Shown here: piece by piece, positions 9,526-17,505 of the stretch
Position numbering within the stretch: position 1 is the first letter of the stretch
Layout of the letters: each line of letters opens with the position of its first letter
Source: an uncultured Acidobacteriota bacterium
GTDB lineage: Bacteria; Acidobacteriota; Thermoanaerobaculia; Multivoradales; UBA5704
NCBI GenBank assembly: GCA_963770895.1
Contig: CAVYRF010000002.1
Coordinates: 192,001 to 256,000 of the forward strand
Length of the DNA stretch: 64,000 bases
Reading direction: 5' to 3'
Notes under the pieces: model-generated
Seen by the model: only the letters and a program-made list of their open reading frames with translations
Database searches by the model: none
Told to the model about the DNA's origin: nothing
Translations under genes and position numbers: made by a program

Positions 9526-10955
9526 GCGATGCGGTGTATTTCAACGGTCTGGACGGGGACTCGGGCAGCTATCTGCTGGATCCCAGGACCGATGCGGAGA
9601 TCGCAACCGCTCTGCTCGCGCAGCGGCGGGAGCGGCGGCTCCCGGAGGAGTCGGAAAGCTTTCGCGGCCCGATCCTGGGTGTGGACGCGCAGAACCTCGA
9701 GCAGGCAGGTTGGGGGTTGGTGATGCCCGAGGATGTCGGCGACGGGCCCGCCGCGGAGCATTGGCGTGCCGTGCGCCGCGCGCTCGAGCCGCTTTGCGAG
9801 TTGCGCGCCCGCGAGGCCGGCCCGCTGTACCGCGACAGCCTGACCCAGCCGCGGCCCCTGTTCTATCGCCCGAAGGAGAGCGCGGAAGATTTCCTCTACC
9901 GCTATTGCGCAAGGCCCGAAGATCCGGTGGACCCTGCGGAGGTGCCCTACTATCTGCTCCTGGTCGGCGACCCGGAGACGATCCCCTTCGAGTTCCAGTT
10001 CGATCTCGACGTTCAATACGCGGTGGGGAGGATCTGCTTCGACCGCCCGCAAGACTACGCGGCCTACGCGACCGCAGTGGTGAACGCCGCCGGAGGCGAG
10101 GTGCAGCGGCAGCGCGAGGTGGCGATCTTCGCCGTCGAAAGGGACCCCACCACCTGCCTCACCGCGAACAGTCTGGCGCGGCCCCTGGCGGAAAACCTTG
10201 CCGCCGTGCGAGACGGCTGGCGGCTCCATACGCGCTTCGGTCCGGATGCCGACCGGGCCCAGCTCGCCGCCCTGATGCAGGCGGCGGAGCGGCGCCCCGC
10301 CCTGCTGTTCACCGCCAGCCACGGCGTGGGGTTTCGCGGCCAGTCCGAGCCACGGCAGAAGCTGCGAGAGGAGATGCAGGGGGCGCTGGTCTGCCAGGAC
10401 TGGGAGGGGCCCGGAACGCCGCTCGTGCGGCAGCATTACCTTGGGGCGCCGGATCTCGAAGACGCTCACGTGGACGGACTGATCGCGATGTTCTTCGCCT
10501 GCTACAGCGCTGGCACGCCGCAGTTCGACAGCTTCGAGACCGACGACCAGCGTCAGCCGCTGCAGATCGCCGCCCGGCCATTTGTCTCGCGGCTGGTGCA
10601 GCGCATGCTCAGCCATCCGAACGGCGCGGCGCTGGCGGTCATCGGGCACGTCGATCGCGCCTGGACCCATTCGTTCGGCGACGGCGCCTTCGAACGGTCC
10701 AGGATCGCGGTGTTCAACGACCTGGTCCAGGGCCTCCTGCAGGGCCTCCGGGTGGGATATGCAATGGAGCCGTTCGCATTCCGCTACGCGGCGCTGGGCA
10801 ACAAGATGTCGAACATCTGGGAGTCGCTGGGGACCTACGGTTCCCCCTTCACCCTGGACGACATCGGCAGCGCCTGGCGAAACCGCAACGATGCGCGCAA
10901 CTTCGTGCTCTTCGGCGACCCCGCCGTGCGGCTCGCCGTCGGCGAGTGGGGGTGA
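9522..10955 (+). CDS. Peptidase C25 (gingipain-like, clan CD) domain protein, no signal peptide
   Basis: ATGA overlap with the previous gene. PYYLLLVGDPETIPF, YAVGRI, LLFTASHG (His), FFACYSAG (Cys), AVIGHVDRAW, FVLFGDPAVRL. Confidence 0.75.
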   Translation: MSDAVYFNGLDGDSGSYLLDPRTDAEIATALLAQRRERRLPEESESFRGPILGVDAQNLEQAGWGLVMPEDVGDGPAAEHWRAVRRALEPLCELRAREAGPLYRDSLTQPRPLFYRPKESAEDFLYRYCARPEDPVDPAEVPYYLLLVGDPETIPFEFQFDLDVQYAVGRICFDRPQDYAAYATAVVNAAGGEVQRQREVAIFAVERDPTTCLTANSLARPLAENLAAVRDGWRLHTRFGPDADRAQLAALMQAAERRPALLFTASHGVGFRGQSEPRQKLREEMQGALVCQDWEGPGTPLVRQHYLGAPDLEDAHVDGLIAMFFACYSAGTPQFDSFETDDQRQPLQIAARPFVSRLVQRMLSHPNGAALAVIGHVDRAWTHSFGDGAFERSRIAVFNDLVQGLLQGLRVGYAMEPFAFRYAALGNKMSNIWESLGTYGSPFTLDDIGSAWRNRNDARNFVLFGDPAVRLAVGEWG

Positions 10956-11101
10956 ACCGCCGGCTGGGCGCGCCGCTCGGCACGCCGGCGGCCCGCGTGT
11001 CCCGGCGACGTGGGCGGGGGGCACTGGAAAAGGAAAGGATCTTCGGTTGGGTGCTCGGCTCCGATCTCGGGGATACGAGCAAGGTCGAGGAGGAGGAAGC
11101 C

Positions 11102-11296
11102 ATGAAGAAGCATGCGCAGAGCTCCAAGGGACGCATCCTGGGACGGCGGCTGGCGCGCGAGCTGCCGAATCAGGAGCTCGGCCGCGCCGCCGGCAGCAGC
11201 GCAATCGGAGTGTGGACGTACACGCTGCTCTATCCGTCCGATCCCGGCGGCCCGAGCTGGGACAGCAGCGGCGGCGGTGGGACGATCCTGGTCTGA
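11102..11296 (+). CDS. Graspetide (ATP-grasp RiPP) precursor peptide, 64 aa
   Basis: GAGGAGGAGG RBS. MKKHAQSSKGRILGRRLARELPNQELGRAAGS-SAIGVWTYTLLYPSDPGGPSWDSSGGGGTILV, with an ELxxxELxxxxG leader and a TxxYPSD core. Lies directly upstream of an ATP-grasp gene. Confidence 0.78.
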   Translation: MKKHAQSSKGRILGRRLARELPNQELGRAAGSSAIGVWTYTLLYPSDPGGPSWDSSGGGGTILV

Positions 11297-11401
11297 GGCG
11301 CCCACACCCCGACACCATCGGCCCCGGCCGGCAGCCGCCGGCCGGGTGCTCTGCATGATGCGCCCTGGCCCCTTCCCGTCGAGCGCTTTCCCCCTCCCGC
11401 C

Positions 11402-12550
11402 ATGCCCAGATACCTGATCGCGACCGAGCCGCGCGACCTGCACGCGGTCGAGGTGGCGATGGCGCTCGAGGAGCGCGGCGCCCAGGTTGCGCTCTGGATG
11501 GGGGCCGACTTCCCCACGCGGCTCGCGGGGTCGATCGAGGTGCGGGACGGGCGGACGTCGTGGGAGCTGCGCGCGGCGGGCCAGGCTGCGGTCACGCCGC
11601 CGTTCGACGGCGTGTGGATGCGGCGGCCGACGGCGCCGCGGCTGCCGGAGGGCCTGCACCCGGCGGACGTGGCGGTGGCCGAGCGCGAGACGCGCGAGCA
11701 CGTTGCCGGGCTCTACTGGCTGGCGGCGCCGGAGGCGTTCTGGGTCAACCCTCTCGCCAGCCGCGGGCGCGCCGAAGCCAAGGCGGTGCAGCTCGCCCTG
11801 GCGGCGCGCCTCGGCTTCCGCGTGCCGCCGACGCTGCTGTCGAACGACCCGGCGCGCATCCGCGCCTTCCTGGCCGAGCACCGCGGGAGCGCGATCTACA
11901 AGGCCTACTACCCCGCCGGCTGGGAGGGCGCCGCGACCACGGCAGTCCTGGGCACCGCGGAGGTCGCGTCCGAGGACCTGCCCGACGACGAGATCCTGCG
12001 CGCCACGCCCGGGATCTTCCAGGCGCGCGTCGACAAGGCCTACGAGCTGCGGGTGACGGTCTTCGGCGGCTTCCTTGCCGCGGCACGCCTCGACTCACAG
12101 GCGGTCGAGGAGGCGCGCCTCGACTCGCGCGCCGGCGGCCCGCGGCTGCCGATCCGGCCAGCCGAGCTGCCGCCGGCGCTCGCGCGGCGCTGCTTCGACC
12201 TGCTCGAACAGCTCGGCATCGTTTTCGGCTGCTTCGATTTCGCCGTCACCCCGGCAGGCGAGCCGGTGTTCTTCGAGGTCAATCCGGCCGGGCAGTTCCT
12301 CTGGGTCGAAGAGGCCTGCCCCGACATCCCGCTGCTGGCGCCCTTCGTCGACTTCCTGCTCGCCCGGCGCCGCGACTTCCAGTGGAGCCCCCATCCCGGC
12401 GCCATCCGCCACGCCGACCTGGTCGGCGCCGCGCTCCGCCGCACCCAGGAGCTGGCCGCCCGCCACGTCGAGCCGCCGCCCCCCTTCGTCCACCCCGAGG
12501 CGGACGCCGGAGAGGGCGAGGGAAAGCGTGACGGAGAGGGATTACGGTAA
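11402..12550 (+). CDS. MvdC/MvdD-like ATP-grasp RiPP macrocyclase
   Basis: DLHA..V..AL, VWMRRP..P, FWVNP, K.VQL.LA..LGF.VPPTLLSNDP, PGIFQ..VDKAYELRVTV.G, LGIVFGCFDF.VTP.GE.VFFEVNPAGQFLWVE. Confidence 0.9.
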   Translation: MPRYLIATEPRDLHAVEVAMALEERGAQVALWMGADFPTRLAGSIEVRDGRTSWELRAAGQAAVTPPFDGVWMRRPTAPRLPEGLHPADVAVAERETREHVAGLYWLAAPEAFWVNPLASRGRAEAKAVQLALAARLGFRVPPTLLSNDPARIRAFLAEHRGSAIYKAYYPAGWEGAATTAVLGTAEVASEDLPDDEILRATPGIFQARVDKAYELRVTVFGGFLAAARLDSQAVEEARLDSRAGGPRLPIRPAELPPALARRCFDLLEQLGIVFGCFDFAVTPAGEPVFFEVNPAGQFLWVEEACPDIPLLAPFVDFLLARRRDFQWSPHPGAIRHADLVGAALRRTQELAARHVEPPPPFVHPEADAGEGEGKRDGEGLR

Positions 12551-12560
12551 GGTACAGGCC

Positions 12561-12803
12561 ATGAGCGACCCCCACACACCGCCGCCAACGCCGCCGCCCG
12601 CCGGCGACGGAACCCACGCCCAGCCGCCGGCGCCCGAGTCCGTCTCTCACCTCCAGGACCGCATGCGCAGCATCGCCGCCCGCCTGCGCGACGCCGCCCA
12701 GGACCTGGGCGCCGAAGTCATGGTCGACATCCCCAGCCGCCTGGGCGATCACTCGGGCCTGCTGATCGCCCTCGCCAACGAGCTCGAGCAGCTGGTGAAG
12801 TAA
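12561..12803 (+). CDS. Small hypothetical protein (80 aa; Pro-rich N-terminus, helical C-terminus)
   Basis: ATG 10 nt after the ATP-grasp stop, with AAGG upstream. Third codon positions look coding-like. No family recognised. Confidence 0.55.
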   Translation: MSDPHTPPPTPPPAGDGTHAQPPAPESVSHLQDRMRSIAARLRDAAQDLGAEVMVDIPSRLGDHSGLLIALANELEQLVK

Positions 12804-12931
12804 CCCGCCGCGCCGCCTTGAGCGCAGGCTCCGCCACACCGGCTGCGGTCGGCGAGCGCCGGCCGATGGCTTGACCGCGCAAGGCAGTTGCACAGCACCG
12901 GGCTGATTGGAACGGGCCGTCGAGGGTCGGC

Positions 12932-13531
12932 ATGCATTTCGTGGCCAGCGCCGCTGGGCACGCGGAGATGATCTGGGCCACCTTCGAGCACGTCGCCAAC
13001 GCGCCCGACGTCACCTATTCGTACAACTCGACCAGCGGCGCCAAGACCGTCACCCAGAACACCGCGGGCACCTGGCTGTTTGCTGCCAGCGGCTCCACCG
13101 GCCCCTGGAACCAGGTGCACATGAGGGCCAACGGCAGCACTATCAACGTCATGGAGAACACGCCGAGCGACACGCTGCGCATGAATCCCTGGGGATCCTC
13201 GCCCAACCAACCGCCCAATCCCCTGGCGACCGCCGCGGCATCCAACACCGACATCATTTCGATCAACCAGAGCGTGCTCACCCAGCTCACGGTGGGCGAC
13301 GTGCGGGCCAACTACGTGATGCGCGGCTCGACCTGGACCGAATTCGGTCCCCCCGACCTCCCCTTCCCCAGCGGCATCGAAGTCGGCACCAGCCAGCTGG
13401 CCAACACCACCATGGAAACCTATCAACAGGGCACGGGCACCTTCAGCAAGAGCGTCAACTGCTTCTTCTGCCACAACACCAACACCACCGCCGTCAGCCA
13501 CGTCTTCTCCGACATCAAGCCGCTGTTCTGA
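12932..13531 (+). pseudogene. 5'-truncated remnant of a secreted cytochrome c-like protein (C-terminal CxxCH)
   Basis: GMHFV..., IWATFEHV.NAP, QLANTTMETY and NCFFCH. It begins mid-domain with no signal peptide or RBS. Confidence 0.55.
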
Positions 13532-13606
13532 TTCCGAGCTGGAACCCGACGCCTTCGCCGTCTTTCCCATCCCCTCCCCACCGCCGGCCGCCGGCGCCGC
13601 CGCGAC

Positions 13607-16129
13607 CTACCGGCGGTCCGGCGCCGGCGGCGGGAAGGACGGTGGGGCGTCGCCGGCGGCGCTGCCCCAGGCGACGTCGGGAGCATCCGCCAGGTCGAAG
13701 TCCAGGCGGCCGCCGCGCGCGATGAACGACTCCGGCAGCCACGGACGGCTGGAGGCGGTGCCGTCCACCCGCAGCCGGCGCACGTACGGCGCGCCGGCGC
13801 CTGTACCGGCACGCGGCGCGTCCAGCGTCAGCACCGGGCCGCTGGCGCGGCGCACGACGACGTGCGGGAACAGCGGGCTCGCGAGCAGCAGCTCGGCCCG
13901 GCCGGGGATGCCGGGGTACATTCCCATGGCGGACCAGACGTACCACGACGACATCTCGCCCAGGTCGTCGTTGCCGGGGATGCCGTAGGGAAGGTCGCTC
14001 CACAGCTGGTCGAGCACCTGGCGCACCGTCTCCTGCGTGCGGTAGGGCTTGCCCGAGTACAGGTAGATCCAGGGGGCGCCGATCGACGGCTCGTTGTCCA
14101 TTTCGGCGTGCGTGCCGCCCAGGCCGGTGAGCGCCCATGCGCCGCCATCGCCGCTGTTGCCGCCATTGCCGGCATTGACGCCATTGCCGGCACCGGCGCC
14201 ATCGGCGCGATGGAAGAAGGCGTCCAACCGCCGGTTCGCCTGCGCGTTGCCGCCCATGGCGTCGATCAGGCCGCGCAGATCGAACGGCACCATCCAGGTG
14301 TACTGCGCGCTGCTGCCCTCCGCGAAGCCGTCGTCGGCCGCCGGATCGAAAGCGGGCCAGGTGCCATCGGGCAGGCGATCCTGGATGTAACCGCCGGCCG
14401 GAGTGGCGCCGGGGTTCCACACGTTGCGCCAGTAGCCGGAGCGCGCGGCGAAGCGCGCGGCCACCGCCCGGTCGCCGACGCGCAGGGCGAGCTGCGCCAG
14501 GCTGAAGTCGGCGATGGCGTCTTCCAGCGTCTCGCCGGCGCCGCCCCAGGCGTTGGCGCCGGCCGGGATGTAGTGCAGGGCCAGCCAGCGGTCGAGCGCC
14601 GGGCGCTGGCCAGGGCATTCCACCGGGCAGCCGGCGGCAGCACCGTCGTGCGCCGTGGGCACCAGCGCGGCGCGCGCCAGCGAGGCGAATGCCGCCGCGA
14701 CGTCGAAATGCGTGCCGCCGAAGGCGACGATGCCGGCGAGGGCGGCGGGCGACGGGTCGCCCTCCATGACGTGGGTGGCGCCCGAGTTGTGGGTCCAGCG
14801 ATCCCACTCGCCGCCGTTCTGGTCGGCCTGATTGAGCAGCGACTGCGCGATGTCGGAGGCGATCTCCGGCTCGAGCAGGGTCACCAGCTGGAGCTGCGAG
14901 CGGTAGACGTCCCAGCCGGAAAAATTGGCGTATTGGGCGCGCTGCCGGCCGCCGACCGTGTGCACCTGGCCGTCGAAGCCGCGGTATTGGCCGCCGGCGT
15001 CGCTCGCCAGGTTGGGATGCAGCAGCGCATGGTAGAGCGCCGTGTAGAAGGTCACCCGCTGCCGGCGGGTGCCGCCGCCGACCTGGATGCGGCGCAGCGC
15101 GCGGTCCCACTGCTCGCGCCCGCGGCCCGCCACGTCCTCGAAACGTGTACCGGCCGGGTTCTCGCTCGCCAGATTGGCCGCGGCATTGGCCGTGCTGACG
15201 TAGGAGATGCCGACCCGCACGCCGACGGTGGCGCCGGCTCCGTCCCGGAAGCTCACCCAGGCGCCCGACCCCTTGCCCACGACGGGGTAGCCGTCCCCGC
15301 CGTACCCGGTGCCGCCGCGCGCCGCCGTGGCCCCCGGCTCCAGGTGTTGGTCTTCCCACGTGCCAAAGCCGGCGAAGGCGCGGTCGAAAACCGCCACAAA
15401 GTACAGCGTGTAGTAGCTGCGGCGGTCCGCCGCGTCCAGGTAACCGCAGAAGTTGCCGCTGGTCACCGCGCCGCTGACCGTGCGCGCCGCCGCGTCGATC
15501 GCGACCTGTGCGTCGCTGCTGCCCACTTCCGAGTCCGACACACGGATCAACAGGTTGGCCGCGCCGCCGGCGGGAAACGAAAAGCGCGCCGCGCCGGTGC
15601 GCGCCGTCGCCGCCAGCTGAACGCCGATGCCGGACGCCAGGACCACCCGGTAGAGGTCCGGCGCCGCCGTTTCGTTGACATGCGAAAACCCGTCGGCGTA
15701 CACCGCGTCGGTGCCGTCGGCCGCCGGGGAGGAGCGGATCTCCCCGCCGTACGGCATGAACGGCACGTCGCCCGAGGCGCCGCGGCAGCCCGTGCCCGAA
15801 AGGTGCGTCAGGCTGAACCCGCGCACCCGCCGCGCATCGTAGGCATAGCCGCCGGGCGCCGCGACCCGCGTGGCATTGCCGCGCGTCGTCTCGGGGCTCC
15901 ACTGCACCATGCCGAACGGCACCACCGCACCGGGAAACGTGTTGCCGCCGTTGGCGCTGCCGATCCGCGGATCGACGTCCGCAACCGGATCCTCCGCGGC
16001 CGGAGCCTCCGCGGCCGGATCGCCCCCGCCACCCCGATTCGCCGAGCAGCCGCCCAGCGCCAGCGCGACCAACCACCAGACCAGCAACCCCCGTCGGATC
16101 GACTGCGGCAGAATCGCCCCCTCTTGCAT
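13607..16129 (-). CDS. GH92 family alpha-1,2-mannosidase (lipoprotein-like signal)
   Basis: LALGGC lipobox; GNTFPGAVVPFGMVQWSPET, GFSLTHLSGTGC, FYTALYH, FSGWDVYR, FAEGSSAQYTW, NEPS, PGNDDLGEMSSWYVWSAMG. Confidence 0.93.
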   Translation of the reverse strand: MQEGAILPQSIRRGLLVWWLVALALGGCSANRGGGGDPAAEAPAAEDPVADVDPRIGSANGGNTFPGAVVPFGMVQWSPETTRGNATRVAAPGGYAYDARRVRGFSLTHLSGTGCRGASGDVPFMPYGGEIRSSPAADGTDAVYADGFSHVNETAAPDLYRVVLASGIGVQLAATARTGAARFSFPAGGAANLLIRVSDSEVGSSDAQVAIDAAARTVSGAVTSGNFCGYLDAADRRSYYTLYFVAVFDRAFAGFGTWEDQHLEPGATAARGGTGYGGDGYPVVGKGSGAWVSFRDGAGATVGVRVGISYVSTANAAANLASENPAGTRFEDVAGRGREQWDRALRRIQVGGGTRRQRVTFYTALYHALLHPNLASDAGGQYRGFDGQVHTVGGRQRAQYANFSGWDVYRSQLQLVTLLEPEIASDIAQSLLNQADQNGGEWDRWTHNSGATHVMEGDPSPAALAGIVAFGGTHFDVAAAFASLARAALVPTAHDGAAAGCPVECPGQRPALDRWLALHYIPAGANAWGGAGETLEDAIADFSLAQLALRVGDRAVAARFAARSGYWRNVWNPGATPAGGYIQDRLPDGTWPAFDPAADDGFAEGSSAQYTWMVPFDLRGLIDAMGGNAQANRRLDAFFHRADGAGAGNGVNAGNGGNSGDGGAWALTGLGGTHAEMDNEPSIGAPWIYLYSGKPYRTQETVRQVLDQLWSDLPYGIPGNDDLGEMSSWYVWSAMGMYPGIPGRAELLLASPLFPHVVVRRASGPVLTLDAPRAGTGAGAPYVRRLRVDGTASSRPWLPESFIARGGRLDFDLADAPDVAWGSAAGDAPPSFPPPAPDRR

Positions 16130-16270
16130 GGAGACCGCGTCGCTTGCCATCTACCCAGAAGGCCGCACGCACGCAGCAGACCCCCTGCTTTCGCCAGTAT
16201 ATCCACGCGCTTGCCCCGAGCTCTGGTCGGCGCGCCGCCGGCCGACGGCGACGGCGCACCGGCCGTGACT

Positions 16271-16486
16271 TCAATCGGTACAGCAGACCCAGCAGCCGTT
16301 GGGCTGGCGGCAGTACGGGCCGTTGCAATGCGGCAGGATGCAGACCAGTGCGGTCGTGCCGACGTTGCGGACCGACAAGGCGGCAGAATGGCCGGCGGTC
16401 GCTGCCGCCAGAGCCGGATGGGCAAGCGGCAATCCGGCGATGATCGAGATGAGCAGAACGGCGAGCAGGCAGATGAGCTTACGCAT
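16271..16486 (-). CDS. Small secreted Cys-rich peptide (71 aa)
   Basis: AAGGAG RBS. Signal peptide MRKLICLLAVLLISIIAGLPLAHPALA; C-terminus CILPHCNGPYCRQPNGCWVCCTD (6 Cys). Confidence 0.7.
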   Translation of the reverse strand: MRKLICLLAVLLISIIAGLPLAHPALAAATAGHSAALSVRNVGTTALVCILPHCNGPYCRQPNGCWVCCTD

Positions 16487-16736
16487 GGAGCGCTCCTTTC
16501 CCCAGAGGGAAGTCGAGCGCCGCTCCGCTCGCTCGGTGCGGTCATGCGCCTCGCGGCGGCGCGGCACTACCATCAAGAGTGGTGCCGCTGACGGTCCGCC
16601 GCGGCCCCGGCGACACGCGCCAGAACGAATCGTGCTCGCAAGCTCCTTCCCGTCGCCGGTCCCCGCTGCGCAAGATTGGAACCTCGGCGCACCGATCCTC
16701 GTAGGTGCCTTGGATACCTGACCAGGAGGGAAAACC

Positions 16737-17366
16737 ATGGACCGTCGCAGCTTTCTCAAGCATGTGGCCCGCGCCACCGCCGTGGCCGGGACAGCCGCCG
16801 GTTGGCCGGCGGCGAACACCGCGGCGGCGGTCCGTGCCGCGGCCGCCGGCGGCTTGCCGCCCAATGCGCAGAGCGGGCCGGCGCCGGCGATCGCGCCGGA
16901 CGCCGGTTCGTCTGCCGCCGCTCCTGCTCCGTCCGGCACCCTGACGCTGGTCGGCGCCGGGGACTGCATCCTCAGCCGCCGCGTGCGCGACGTGAAGGAC
17001 CCGGACTTTGTCTTCTTGCAGGGCGAAACCAGCCGCTACGCCCCGGCCGAGGACTACGCCGGAGTCGGCCTGGACATCCACACCGCCGATCCCGCCGCGA
17101 TCCTGCGCCGCATCGGTTTCGCCAAGCAGCGCCGATTCTGGCAGAGCGTCCTGCCCCGCCTCACCTTCGATCGCGATCGCCTCGCCTCCGTCGAGCTCTT
17201 CCCGCTCACCCTGGGCTTCGAAAACCCGCCCTACCAGCGCGGCACGCCGCGCCTCGCCCGCGGCCCCGAAGCCGCCGCCATCCTGGGCACCCTCGCCGCC
17301 CTCTCCGCGCCCTACGGCACAGTCATCGACATCCAGGAAGGAGTGGGCCGGGTGCGTCTTCCCTAA
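16737..17366 (+). pseudogene. Tat-exported CapA/PGA_cap-like protein with an apparent in-frame internal deletion
   Basis: AGGAGG RBS and Tat motif DRRSFLK. The N-terminal TLVGAGDCI joins directly to the C-terminal region F.QxET...FWQSV...ELFPLTLG...RGTPRLA...IL..L..LS.PYGT. The central metallophosphoesterase motifs (NLE, ANNH, H.H, GHGPH) are absent. Confidence 0.6.
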
Positions 17367-17505
17367 ACCCTACGGACCCCTGTTTTCGTGCCTGGCGGGT
17401 TGCGCGGCGCCGCCTGCTCCGTGATTCTGAACATACGTTCACGGACGCCGGGGAAGCACGTCTGGCGGCGCGCGCAGCGCCGCCAGACGCGGGGGAAAGG
17501 GCGGG

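Noticed and set aside
11102-11296. Canonical microviridin
   Set aside because: Lacks the PFFARFL leader, the core Lys, the downstream acidic pair and a second ATP-grasp ligase.
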